Shown in pieces: positions 12,601 to 25,120 of a DNA stretch of 64,000 bases. Position 1 is the first letter of the stretch, and each line of letters starts with the position of its first letter. The notes beneath the pieces were generated by a model. The model made no database searches. It saw only the letters and a list, made by a program, of their open reading frames with translations, and had not been told where the DNA came from. The stretch covers positions 76,758,001-76,822,000 of the forward strand of contig NC_045697.1 of the NCBI RefSeq assembly GCF_009834535.1, given 5' to 3'. The DNA comes from Camelus ferus (taxonomy: Eukaryota). A program made the position numbers and the translations under genes.

Positions 12601-15600
12601 TGGTAATGATTATGAAGCACACACTCAATATTTTAAATATTTAAATCATGGAAAACACAAAATAAAATTTATTTTTCAAATACTTGACCTGAGGATTAAG
12701 AAAGTAAACATATTGATTTCCTAAACTCAAAAGGCAATGTGGTGAGAAATGTATGAGGTGAATGATCAAAAACTTTTAGAGAATACACAGGTTTAATATA
12801 ATTTACTTCAGTGTTCAAGGACTATTCCCAAACAAAACAAAGCAAGACAAAAACACTTCATTGTCCTTTTAGTCACATCACTTTAATGACGAAACAAGAC
12901 TAAACTTTAGGCCTTAGAACTATCTAGTCATCCCTGGCATATAGTAGGTGCTCAATTCTTGCCGAACTGAAACACCCAGAAAGAGAAGAATGCTATAAAA
13001 CTCAGTGTTCAAAGCAGCAACATACAAAAGAATTATACAAGAACCAGATTCAGTGTTGCTGCAGAAGAACCGTGTTTATTATAGTGTCAAACTCTGCTAA
13101 GCCAGGGAAGGGAATTATAGCTATAAACAGATTTATAGCTTCAGACTTTACACCTTCCGTTTTGTATTGAAGATTAAAAGAAATCCAGCAGAAAAGGGGG
13201 TCGGTATAAACACAAACTTAAAATCTGAAAACCAGCCCCACTTATTGCAAAACTAATTTTTACAGCTCTTATTTTCTAGACATTTTCTGTAGTAAGATTG
13301 TAACTATAAGTTCTCTTGTGATGTCAGTTTGAGCCTTGGACAAGGGACTATATGTACCCATGATCAGTCTTAAATCATAAGCAGCTGCCATAAGGAAACA
13401 ATTAGTGAGGGCTAGCACTAAAAGAAAGTTTAGAAAAACCAAACATTAAAAAAGGTCTCTCAAAAGTAAGGCTGATGTAGCTCAATGGAGTTAAGGGCTT
13501 ATAAAACAGCAGGAATCAGGGAAGCTCACTCTGGCTTTCTTTTCTAACACAATACAAATTAAATACAGCCAAATTACTGCTCCTGCCAATCAAAACCAAG
13601 AGGTCCCTTCTTTGTAGAACCATTCCTTACATCTAAATATTTTAAGAGATTGCTAAAACTATTTTTTTGTTGTTTAACTTTGCTTTTTTAAAAAAAAAAA
13701 ACTTATTTTTAAGAGGTCAAATAAAATGAACTCCATGGTGAAAGACTTGGAATCCTAAACATTCCTTATGTTGAAAGAAAGTATCAACTTGCTCTCTAAA
13801 TGCCCACAGTAGCCCCTGTGACTTTACAGCTAATGGTGTAAACTATCCTACAATACCCTTAGTGTCCTCAATATAATTCAAATGTATTCAGAGGTACAGT
13901 CATCTTTAAACGATGGGTTTAATTTGCAATTGTCTATTTCTGCATTTTTCCTAATATAGTGTCCCCAAATAATTTTGCCCACATTATTTAAGAAAGCCTG
14001 GTTTGAAGGTTACTTTGATTCTGTGTTCACTGGTAGTATCTTATAGAGCAATATTGGTTTTGCGAATGACAACTGAACACAACCCAGGGATGAGGATTAG
14101 GATATCCCTTTGAGTCTAAGGGGATAGGCAGATGGAATGGAAAAAACAAGGGCTAGGTTTGTCTGTAGTTCTCGAGCTCCCTGTGTAAATTAGAAGCCTG
14201 ATCTCCCTCTTCCTCAGCTGATGACTAAACAGATCAAAAGCTTTTAATGCAGGCTTCTACAACCACCATGCTCTCCATCTCCAGATTTTCCTGTATCCTT
14301 ACCTCCTCTCTCGTGGGACTGGAGGTAATGTTGGTACATACCACCCCACCTCGCCCTGCTCTTTATCATTGTTCTCACTTGTCTCTTCAACAATTACGGG
14401 CCCCTTGGATTCTTCCCCCTGGTCTCCAAACATGTTCATTCACTCCCCACTAAAGTCAAAGGGAAGAAAAGTTGTCTTTGCCCTCTATACCCTCATTCTA
14501 AGTTCCTAACTTCTTACCATCTCCATTAAACTGCAAATAATAGACTGGTCATAGAAAGAACAGAAATTGAATTTGAGCAAAGAGGAAGGAGGTAGTAGAG
14601 TAGAAGTCCTATTTTTACATTCTGGTTTGGGGAAAAATAAAGTAACATGAGTTGAAATACATATTGGTCTTGAGGGCATTTCTTTCCATTAGGAAGAAGA
14701 AAGCTGAACTATGGCAAGGGAAACTGCTGAGCCAGTGGACGGGGCTCTGGAAAGGAGTTACCCTGGGCTAAAATAAAACTAAATAAACTAGAGCTTGGAG
14801 GAGGGAGGGCTGACAAAGCCCATAAATGTCAGGATTGCCCAAATTTGTGTCTAAACCTTTTGTCTTTTCACTTTACTCCCTTCATCAGCTATCAAATATA
14901 CTATTTGGCTTTAATTATTACCTGACTTATGTCCTAAATTCTTTTCCAGGCTGCAGTCCTGCATTTACAACTGCTTACCAGATGTCTAAGCCAAGATACA
15001 CCATCATCAGCTCAAACTTCCCAGTTTCTACTGCAAGCTAATCATGCTTCTGACTTCCATATTTTTGTTTAACACACTGCTGCTCCTCCAAGCCTAAAGC
15101 CTCAATGTTATGTCTGGTTCAGTAAATGGAATCCTATGCAAGTCCTATAGATTTTATTCTCCCTCAAATCCCTTGAATCTATCTTTCCATGTTTGTTGCT
15201 AGCACCCTTGTTCCTGGAAAACAAGAATAGCCCACCAGCCTCTTTCGTCTTCCCTTACTCAACTCCATCCTACATACTTTTTGTCAGGCTATGTTTTCTA
15301 AAGCGCATTTTTGTATATCATTCTTCAGCTTAAAAAATGTCAAGGGCTCATTTGTAATCTGCAATGAAAAAGTTGTTACAGGCCATGATCCTCCATGGAT
15401 GCAACAGCTAATAGGTGACACGTTGTGGGAAATCTGCCTGTGTCCAATGTCCTCTATAATATGCTTCTAACTTTCCTTTTTTGCCTTATCTCTAACCCAC
15501 TCCTGCCTCCTTCCTCATAAGGATCCTCTCCTCCAGTCAGCCTTGAACACCAGCTGTTGTCAGAATTCCCCTCATCACTTTCTGTATCTTTGCTCATGTC

Positions 15601-15612
15601 ATTCTTTCTGCA

Positions 15613-15762
15613 GAATAAACATCAATTATCATTTTGCTTGGAATAATTTTAGCACACTTTTCTTGAAACATCTTACCTAGCAACCTGAGCTACGGAGCTA
15701 ATTGGAAAAAACCACAGTAAGAACTTGAGTTTCTGAGAGAAATATTAGTCCCTGCAGTAAAA
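15613..15762. repeat. Left arm of diverged inverted repeat (partner 17312-17471)
   Basis: Reverse complement aligns by eye to 17312-17471, e.g. tagctccRtagctcaggttgcYaggtaaga and aagcaaaatgataattgatg. Confidence 0.9.
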
Positions 15763-16029
15763 GCCCCATCTCCACCTCCTATACAATCCCTATCATTACT
15801 GCCAGTCACTGCTGACTCACCTCAGTGACCTCTCTGGCCTAAGCTTTACTTGACTCTCTTCTGGGTATGTTTTTTCCTCATTTTTGAACTCCTTAAGCAC
15901 TTGTAGCTCTTTATAAAAAATTAGTGCATGCTTGCTAGGTTTAAGATGTATGCTTCACACTGAACTACCAGGAGCCTTGAGGGCAGGAAGAGAGGTGAGG
16001 TATATGTAAGAGAGGGAAAGGTAATAAGC

Positions 16030-16190
16030 ACCAACGTTGGAGGCTTTAATATGTACTAGCACGTGATCTTTGGCAGGTCACTTAACCTCTCTGAGCCTCA
16101 GTTTCCACCTCTGTAAGATGGAAAAAACAATGGTTACCTCACATGGGAATACTAGGATGTAATTAAAAGAACATATGGTCTTCTATAAAT
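16030..16190 (+). mobile_element. MIR SINE
   Basis: Core: ggcaggtcacttaacctctctgagcctcagtttccacctctgtaagatgg. Confidence 0.85.
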
Positions 16191-17117
16191 ATTATTTCCC
16201 TTCCCCTCTTTTCTTCCTAATTTAAATGTGTAGCCTTGTACCTTATACATGGTATGTGTCCAATAAATTTATTAGCGTATTTCCCACAACAGAGGTTTCT
16301 AACAAGACATCAGGGCTAAAATTAATATTCCCCGAATAGCCTGTAGACAATCAAAAATTCAGATATTTTATGTCCAACACACTCCCAATTAATGCTTATG
16401 AGGATTTATTTGACTTGGGCTTGAAATTGTGCCTTTCAAGGTTACTACCATTTCTCATTTGTTGACTCAGATGACTCTAGTTCAGAAGAGTACAGACTAA
16501 TAGCAAAAGGAATCAACAACTTCACACAATCTCTTCAAGATGAAATGAATGCTATTCAATGAAAGATTTTTTTCTCACATTGCAAACGCGGGCAGATAAT
16601 TTTGGCTCCTTTCTCCCTTCTGCCTGTGACTCCAAACTTTTAGAAAAGGAGTACTCTAATTTCACTCTCCCGACCTTTTCAACACTGAGTTACTCCTGAA
16701 ACCACGGCAATACTGCTTTGAAACCACAGATGAGTAAAGTTACTCACTGACCTCCCGATTGCAAACCCAATGACAAGAGTTCACATGCGGACCACTCTTC
16801 CTTCAGCTTCTTGGCAAAGTTTCCTGGGTCTTCCACTGTCTGATAGGGCTTTTTTTCCTCTTCCTCTCCTGTACTTCATAACTAACCTGCCCCACTACCG
16901 CCCCACGACTTCTCTTCCCCTGGGCATCTCACCCATTGCCACAGTTTCAGCTACTACCTATCTGTCCACCCTATGCCCAGCTGTGGCTGCCCTCCAGGAC
17001 AACGCCTCCTGCCGCCCACACATTTCCTCCTGGATGTACAGCTCTCATCTCAGATCATGACGCCCACCACTAAAACGCTGGTTAGTTTTCTTCAGACTAA
17101 ACTGCAGGCACTTCATT

Positions 17118-17310
17118 CAGAGTTCTGATGACACAAACTGAGACTTTGTACTAATTAGATAAGGAGGCTTTCCTCCAGGCAGATGCAGCCCCCAAGAGGG
17201 CACACAGCCTTGGCAAGTGAAGCATGAGCTTCACTTTGAGACCACACCGGCCCCTTGGCCGAGTAGCCTTGTGCAGTGCACAACCTGCACAAATGTAAAT
17301 GGTGGCCCTG
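17118..17310 (-). mobile_element. MER91A-like hAT-Tip100 DNA transposon
   Basis: Reverse complement begins cagggccaccatttacatttgtgcaggttgtgcactgcacaagg, matching my recollection of MER91A. Confidence 0.75.
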
Positions 17311-17311
17311 A

Positions 17312-17471
17312 GTTTGTTGCAAGGAGTAACATTTCTTTCAGGAACTCAAAACCTCACTGTGTTAATTTTTCTTTTACAGATAGCTCCATAGCTCAGGTTG
17401 CCAGGTAAGAAGTTTCAGGGAAGCTGTGCCATAACTATTTTAAGCAAAATGATAATTGATGATATTTATTC
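17312..17471. repeat. Right arm of diverged inverted repeat (partner 15613-15762)
   Basis: See left arm. Confidence 0.9.
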
Positions 17472-18369
17472 AACTATATCAATTGAAGATGTATCACCTT
17501 TGATTTATCTTTAATTCCATGTATTTTTTTAGAAAAATATTTCCTGAATGTAAATTACTGTGATAGATTCTGCCTGGTTTAAGATCTCAAATAATTAATA
17601 CTGAATGAACTGACTGTAAAAAACAAACCTGAAATGCAAAGACTTACATTAACTTAGGCGGTAGTGAGGTCTCCTACAGTCATTGTTAAGACTAGGTTTA
17701 TATGCGGTTTGGATAAAAGAGAAAAAATAGAATAAAATGTTTCTGGAGCTATCCTTCTACCTACTATTTTATAGCATTCCACTGTTTTAATCTCTACATG
17801 AACAAAGGAATATATTTTGTATTAAAAATGTGGTATCAATTGAAATATGACTGGAGATATTTAGGGAGAAAATAAATTTAGCCAATTAAGAATTCTGCTG
17901 GATATCAAAATTACCAAAGAAATCCATAAGAACATTATTTGTGAAATTACATGTCCATATATAATAAATTTGAGAAAATTTGTAAACAAAATTTTAAAAT
18001 TTGAAACACTTCAAACTGAATTAGTTTGAATTCACTGAAGAACAATATTTCTAACTAAAACTCTGATATCTTTAAAAAGAATAAGATACACATACAAATG
18101 TGCACATAAATGTTTGTTTTAGATAGAGAATCTATACAATAAATATAAGAGTGATAACACTTTTTCATGAATTTCTTAATTTTAAGATTGAATTACTTAT
18201 CCTAAATCTCTGTATGTTCTGAGGCCATTATTCTATAGGCTATCTATCCAGCAGAAGAAATATTACTATAAGGTAATATGTCTTCATGGCTCTGTCTCAG
18301 TGTGAATGCATATGTGAGAAGGTATGTATGTAGGTGTTTATATGTGCATGAATACATGTTTAACAATAA

Positions 18370-18580
18370 CACCTTTGTGTGCCATACCCTGTTCCAAGTG
18401 CTTCATTAAGTCATGTATTAAGTCAAACCATCCATCCTTATTTTATATTGAAAAACTGAAGGAAAAAAATAACTTGCCCAAAGTCATACAGCTTCCAAGT
18501 GGTAGACCAGCATTTAAGCCCCAGTGTCCACACGTGGAGCCCACCCTGCCTTAACCCTATCCAATGTATTCCATATACTG
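18370..18580 (-). mobile_element. MIR SINE
   Basis: aacttgcccaaagtcatacagcttccaagtggtagaccagcatttaagccc. Confidence 0.75.
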
Positions 18581-19317
18581 CCTTAAAAATGAACTCTTAA
18601 AAGCTGATATTTTCAGTTGTTTCAGTCATTTCATCACCAAATGAATATAAAATTATCTTTAAATCTGAATTGTTAAATATATACATTTACTCATCAAAAC
18701 CTTGTGCATTTTCTATATATCAACACTATTTAAAAACTGAGATACAAAAATGAGTTAGTTTGGGAATGATAACATCTTCCACATACACTGATCAATGTCA
18801 GATTAATTATTCATGAAAGACTGTATGTTATTCACCTCTATTCAGATAGAATTTAAAGGAATATATTTGATAGAAAACAAAGCACAAAAAATTGGCAATA
18901 GAAGGTCTTCAATTAATTTCAGTAGAAAAGAATTCTAAGCTAAAATTAAACTTTGAGATAATGTTATACCAACCATTTCAATATACAAATGACCATGTAA
19001 AAATAAAGAAATATGGATTATAGTAAAATAAATAAGCTGTTCTATTGTGTGTACTCTTTAAGATAGAAGCTATTTGGAGTACAGTGGAGTCTTTTATATC
19101 ATGTTAACCATTTACTTAATAAAATACAAAAAAACCCCCCAAAACGTTAAGACATTAATAATCATTCTCCTCATCATATAACCACCACATCAATTATTTA
19201 TATGATATACAGAGAATGATAATACTTTATTAAGTCTGACACAATTTATTCAGGATGGAATGCATTACTAGTTTAATATGACAGTTCTATTATGTGGTAA
19301 GTAAAATAAGGACTTTC

Positions 19318-19320
<3 letters not shown>

Positions 19321-19355
<35 letters not shown>

Positions 19356-19389
19356 CACACGCACATACACATGCACACACCGACACATG
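19321..19389. repeat. (CA)n microsatellite with degenerate tail
   Basis: Direct read of sequence. Confidence 0.95.
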
Positions 19390-20784
19390 CATTTTAAATT
19401 TCTTGGAGAGTGTATTTGTCCTCTCCTTGCCCCCAAGTCAGATTATATGGATCTGACAAAGGCTGGACTGGAGCACAAACATGAAATATGGGAATTGCTA
19501 AAGTGTTAGGTTAGAAGGAGCTTAATATATAATTTAAAACATATGAACGGAAAGTTAAATACTGCCACCAAATGTATTTTTTTCAGGAATAATTCCTTAT
19601 AAGGCACACAGAGCTTGTTTTTTGTAAATTTTAGTAAAATGTTGTGAAATGGCAACAACGATATCAGAACAACAACAAAGTAAAAAAGGATTTGGGGAAA
19701 AAGGCAAAGTGATATGGTCCACTTCTTCTCAAGTGCATCTGAACAAGTACAAATGAAAGCCACACGCCTCCATGTGCAGTTGTCTGATGGTATTTGCTTG
19801 TGGTTTTTCTCTTGCATTTTTTTCTCACTGAGTAATACAGAATTACACCACACACACAACTTTAGTCCTCCAAATTCCTAAGGGAATTATACCTCCTTTA
19901 TGTTCACATGCAACGCCAAAGGGGAGTTATGAGGAGGACTTTAAAACTCTAAAACTTTCATGCAAAAGAAAATGCCCTTGGTATGGAAGGGGTACCTTTC
20001 ACTTAATATAATGGTTCCACTATTTCATTATCCTGATATACTTATGGAGCTATTTAGGGCAAAGAGAAGGCCAATATATTTTTATAAAGTGTACAAAATT
20101 GAACCCTGAGAAGGTTTTTTAAAAACTAGCTTTTATAATTTGTATTAAATTATCTATTAGTGGAGGAATATTATTGCATAAGCAATTGGCGTTACACACA
20201 ACCACTACAAACTACTTTCTATAGTTGTCTTGACTGTTAAAAATCAAATCCAGACTTTGAACCCTACAAATAACTTGTTACAAAATAAAGTAACATATCA
20301 TAGGTATGACCCTGGGCTTAGGCTATCTGTTTATTTTCACCAAAGATTAAATATATATGAATAAACTACTATAATGAAGGGAAACAAAGGTATCCAAACC
20401 CTCCAAACCATGTGGATGTGAGACATTGACATTAATAAATGTTCAGTAAAATCTCAGAGCTTAGAAACCTCAGAACTGTTTTACTTGGCATTACTGATGA
20501 CACATGGTATTACTGACTGGCATTTAGAATTATGAAAAGCTGATAATTTTCTCTCCTTTTCAGCTTCCCTTTCCTTAAGATTTTGTATGTATTATACGCA
20601 ACTCAACAAGATTTGTTGAAATTCTGCTACAGACAAGGAACTGAGTTAGGTGTTGTGGAGGATACTAAAGATTAAAGAAAGCATAGATCCCACTCTTGAA
20701 GGTCATGAAAGCTAGTAGTAAAGAGAGAAAGGATGTTTATAAATAGCTATGATACAATAGAAAGAGGAAAAGGGAGGGAGGAAA

Positions 20785-21010
20785 TTAATGTTTACTGAGT
20801 GCCTGCCACATACTAGACACCGTGTTAGAAGTTATACATGTATTATCTCATTTTAATCCTCACACCATCTGTTGAAATAAGACATTATTATCTTTGCTTT
20901 TACAGATGGGGAAAATGAGACTCAGAGTGATTGAATAACTTGCCCAGGATCACAAAGCTTGTAAGTGGAACAGCTAGAATTTGACTTACAGTCTGTCTGG
21001 CTTTGCTGTC
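20785..21010 (-). mobile_element. MIR SINE nested in L2 remnants
   Basis: ttttacagatggggaaaatgagactcagagtgattgaataacttgcccaggatcaca. Confidence 0.88.
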
Positions 21011-23456
21011 TATGCCCCCTCTATTTTAAGTGTAAAGTAATATAAAAAGCTGTACAGATAAAGTGCTGTGGGGATACAGCAACAGGGAGAAATTACACTC
21101 AGCTCAGGGAGACTGATGGCATCCTGATGGAAGAAGCGACATGTAAGTATGAAGGGCTATTATATTTGGATGTGTGGAAACTGAGCATGACTAGGGGCTA
21201 GGCAGGAAGCAGTTCTGGAGAAAAGAGTAGTTTAAGAAAAGACAAATGAAGAAAAACAGATTTGAAGAGAAAAAAATTAACTGGTTTGATTTGGTTTGGA
21301 TGAAACACTGTGTCCAGAAAGAACATTAATAAAAAATTGGTGGGAGATAGTGCTACAAAAACAGACCAAATCAAAGGATTTGAATGTCAGACAAGGAGCT
21401 GGATTTTATTTCCCTCTAAATGGTAATCATATTGAGGTTCAAAGTTTGGAGGGGTCAGAAGAATGACAATCAGAACCATGATAGAAAAACTTTACCTGGA
21501 AGACATAGATAGGTTGATACTGGTTGATGCTACATTCAATCCCAACCCTTGACATCTCCATTATAGAGACAGGAAAAAGCTAAATGTTCACTTTCCTGAC
21601 TCAGCTCCTCTACAGCAGTGACTGGCCAGGCAACAGGCAAGTCTTCCATGGTGTGCAGAACAGCAATGGGAAGTCAGAGTCAAAAGAAAGAAACGTGGAG
21701 TCCTTTCAAGTAGGCAATGGGCTAGAAGCATCTAATTGTTCTGTCAGTCAGTAGCAAGGCTGCACAGAGCATGCACACCATGACTCTAATACTGGACAGT
21801 AGAGAGCAAAGAGAAAAAGAGGACCTGGGATGAAGACAGTAATGCAGAAAGGGAGTGGAGGCATGGGGAGCCAGGAAAGGACTCAGTCACCAGAACAGGG
21901 GTGCGTGGATCTGGGCAGAAACCCGATGACTGGAACTAAGGCACGGTGCCAGGACCACACTTAGAGCAGTGGCACTGAGGCTGGGTCACCAGCATGTGAG
22001 AAAAAGGGATCCTTAAATGCCTCATGTCTAAGGTCCCAACAGAACCTGAGGGTTAAGCAGATGTGCAGACGCAGAGCAGGGCTTGCAGGAGGCTTAAAGT
22101 CACCCTCAGAATGGTGGGCCTGCAACTGTACTTTACTACCAACATGAAAACTATTAAAAGAGCAGAGACTGAGTCTGTCTTGTTCACCACAATTTTACAA
22201 CCTTATCGTTGTGTCTTGTACCTAAGAGGGGCAAAATAGATACTTGAGTTATTAGACTGAATTATGTTAATATGAATTAATGAAAAAAATATCAGGGTGA
22301 CTTTCATTTCAATAGATTAATTTTGACCCATCCCCCTGAATAATTCTCATTACCTCTAGGTTGAAATACAAATGCTCATCTGTGTTTTTTCTAATTCTTT
22401 CTTCTTTCTTCCCTTACATACTCTTTGTTGTCTCCCGTTATTTTTTCTCTTTTTACTCAACCATTTTTTCAGGTCTCTGTGATATTATTCACTCTAATGC
22501 ATCCTGTTTCTTCTCTAAGAATTTGATTTCCTTTGACTGGTGGATTCACAGCAATATCCTCTCCATTCATTCCCCTGCCTCTTTTCCCATCTTAACCACA
22601 GATGCCAGCATTGCCTTTTTTTCTTTCTAATACCCTTTCACCACTGCATTTCCCTTATCAAGAACCATTTCTCACCAATTTAGGTAAGGGCTTAGATTTA
22701 CCTGTCTTCTCCTAAGGCCTATTTTCATAGTTAATTTCATACCATCGCTGCAACAGGGTTCACTTTCCAGTTTTTGCAATTATTTTTTTAAACAATTTAA
22801 GCCATCTTCAGCTTTAGAAAGATGGTCAGAACTCCTTGATTATTAGACATTTTCCCCTTTTACCACTGGTCTGCAAAATAACATCCTATTAATCTGGAAT
22901 CCTATTGATCTACCTATCCTTCCTAAATCCATTGTTTTCATTTTGTGTGACATGAGGAAGGCATTTTGAAAGAAATGATCTTGTGAATTGGGTATCCATT
23001 AAAGGCAAACTCGTAGCCAAAATGAAGGAATACCAGAGCAGGTCACCTTTTGAAAATGACAGCCCTATCCCTCTTGAAAGCTTCCAAAACGTTCAAGTAT
23101 AGGCAGTTAGGTAGACGATTTTTCTGAAGAGCCATAGTAAACATAAGACCTGAAGTGAAGGTACTCTGAAGTGCCATGATATACTTTCAAATCTTAGCTG
23201 CAGTGATTCATCTACAATGTTCCCGATTCTGACCACTCTGGGCTTCCTCTGCTGGTTTGTTGTCTTTCTTCTGCTCATTCACTGTGGCTGTGTACTCAAG
23301 ATTTATTATGATCATGTTCTTCTTTTTACAGTTATCCTCTTCAATATCTCATTAACGAATGTACTTGTAAAGCATTTTGTCCAGTGTTTCAAGTCTTTCT
23401 ATCCATATCTGAATTTTCCACTAGGTTTTATCTATAGGACACTTGCACTTGGACGT

Positions 23457-23725
23457 TGTAGTAGATATACATGCCAGCCCACACCACTGCCTCCTTCCAA
23501 GACAGTGCTAGAATACGGGTCGCAGATGATCCTATGGCTTCCTGCATTCCTCAAGCAGCTGGAACGTGCTGTACCTTCTGGGGCAAGCCAGAAGTGCCAG
23601 GGAGTCCACACTCAGGCATGACTCTCAACAATGAAGAATGGGAAATCAGATGGATAAACGCATCAATTTCCGTGCCTCTCAGTGGGGAAATTCTGAGGCA
23701 TGCTCTATGCTGTCTCTTGTGGGTT
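23457..23725. mobile_element. ERVL LTR (LTR16-like) fragment
   Basis: gccagaagtgccagggag...ctctcaacaatgaagaatgggaaatcagatggataaa...aattctgaggcatg resembles the LTR16 family. Confidence 0.6.
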
Positions 23726-25102
23726 CCTCATATGTTCCACATATATATAGGTTCTCATAGGTTCTGTGTATATAGATATATATACACATAAATACAGAAT
23801 AAGAAGAGATTTATAAATATATCCTATATATCTAGATCTAGATCTAGATCTAGGATAATAATATTTCCATGGCTGTTGTAAGCATTAAATCAAGTAAAGC
23901 ATGCAAAGCACCTTTTACTTTCATTCATCTCATTATAATGTAGCAGTTTGAAATTTAGGGAATAGGCTATAACTTTTTCTTGTTTTTTTTTTTCCTCTCC
24001 AATTATTACCTTGAGGCAACTTAGACTGTAAGAGTGAAAATTATAAATAATGAGAGTATTCTCTGACATGAATATAAATTAACTACTTGTGAAGCTATTC
24101 CTCTTGAGTAGTATGAAGAGGACTGCTCTGCTGAAGAAAGTAGAGGTTTCTGTTTGTTCCATTAAACTTCCTTATATTCAGAGCTCATAAAAACTATAAA
24201 TAATACTATCATGGTCTAGTATGAGAATTAGCATGCAATAGACAATTCAGAATATTGACTAACAAGGAGATCATGAAAATCACTTATTTATAAGACAATC
24301 TGGGACAGAAATAGCATTCAGCGTACTGAGGGGAAAGAGATACAAGGGGCACTCAATAAATAATTATGTTATTTATAGGCATTATGGTGTTAAAGGTAAA
24401 ACATTAATAACAGTATTTCCTTCTCTCTAGCTTCCTACTGACTACAATAGGTATTAATATTGAGTTTCTTAGTTTTTACTGAATCTCCACTTTTGACAAC
24501 TCCCTTCTTTTGTACTTTCAGCTCGATACACATTCCTCCCCTTCTTGTATTTCCTCATTTTCTTCAATATGACTTAGGGCTCGAAAGATTGTCCGCTGAC
24601 TGGCTTCACATTTAATTATAAATCATGTCTTCAGCAGTTAGTTCGTGCTGAAAATGTAGAATGGATTCAATATCTGTCTATAATGAACCACAAGTAGCTG
24701 GTAGGACTACAATCTAAATAATCAGTCTGTGTGGATTTACAACAACATGACTAGTACAAGATTAATCAGTGCCTAATGCAAACCAGTTCATACTTGACGT
24801 CTACTGCTAAGCCATTTTATCTTTCATTAAAGTCCTGTGGCACTGTTTCAGATCAGTTAAGAGTTTTATTTTATATGACAGTACATTGTCACACTTGCCA
24901 CCTGGTCCAACAGCTGACGTGGCTCACAAAACCCTGAAGAGGCCCCAGAGCTTTACTCATGGGGAAGATTTGGTCTCCTGTGTGGTGTCATGATTACTGG
25001 TTCATAGCTTTTTTATATCCTTTGAAAAAAAATTGCAGTAAAACCTCCACACTGAGAAAATCCTAAATTGGAACTAATCTGTTAAGAAAAGAGTTCACTT
25101 AC

Positions 25103-25120
25103 CTGCAGACCGGGCTGACC
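25103..25120 (-). CDS. COL25A1: COL25A1 18-nt microexon GQPGLQ, phase 0 to 0
   Basis: Minus strand: pyrimidine tract, ...aaatttcag|GGT CAG CCC GGT CTG CAG|gtaagt. Confidence 0.93.

Noticed and set aside
23822..23853. (TCTAGA)n self-complementary tandem repeat
   Set aside because: Four units next to (TA)-rich low-complexity DNA; ordinary microsatellite slippage.
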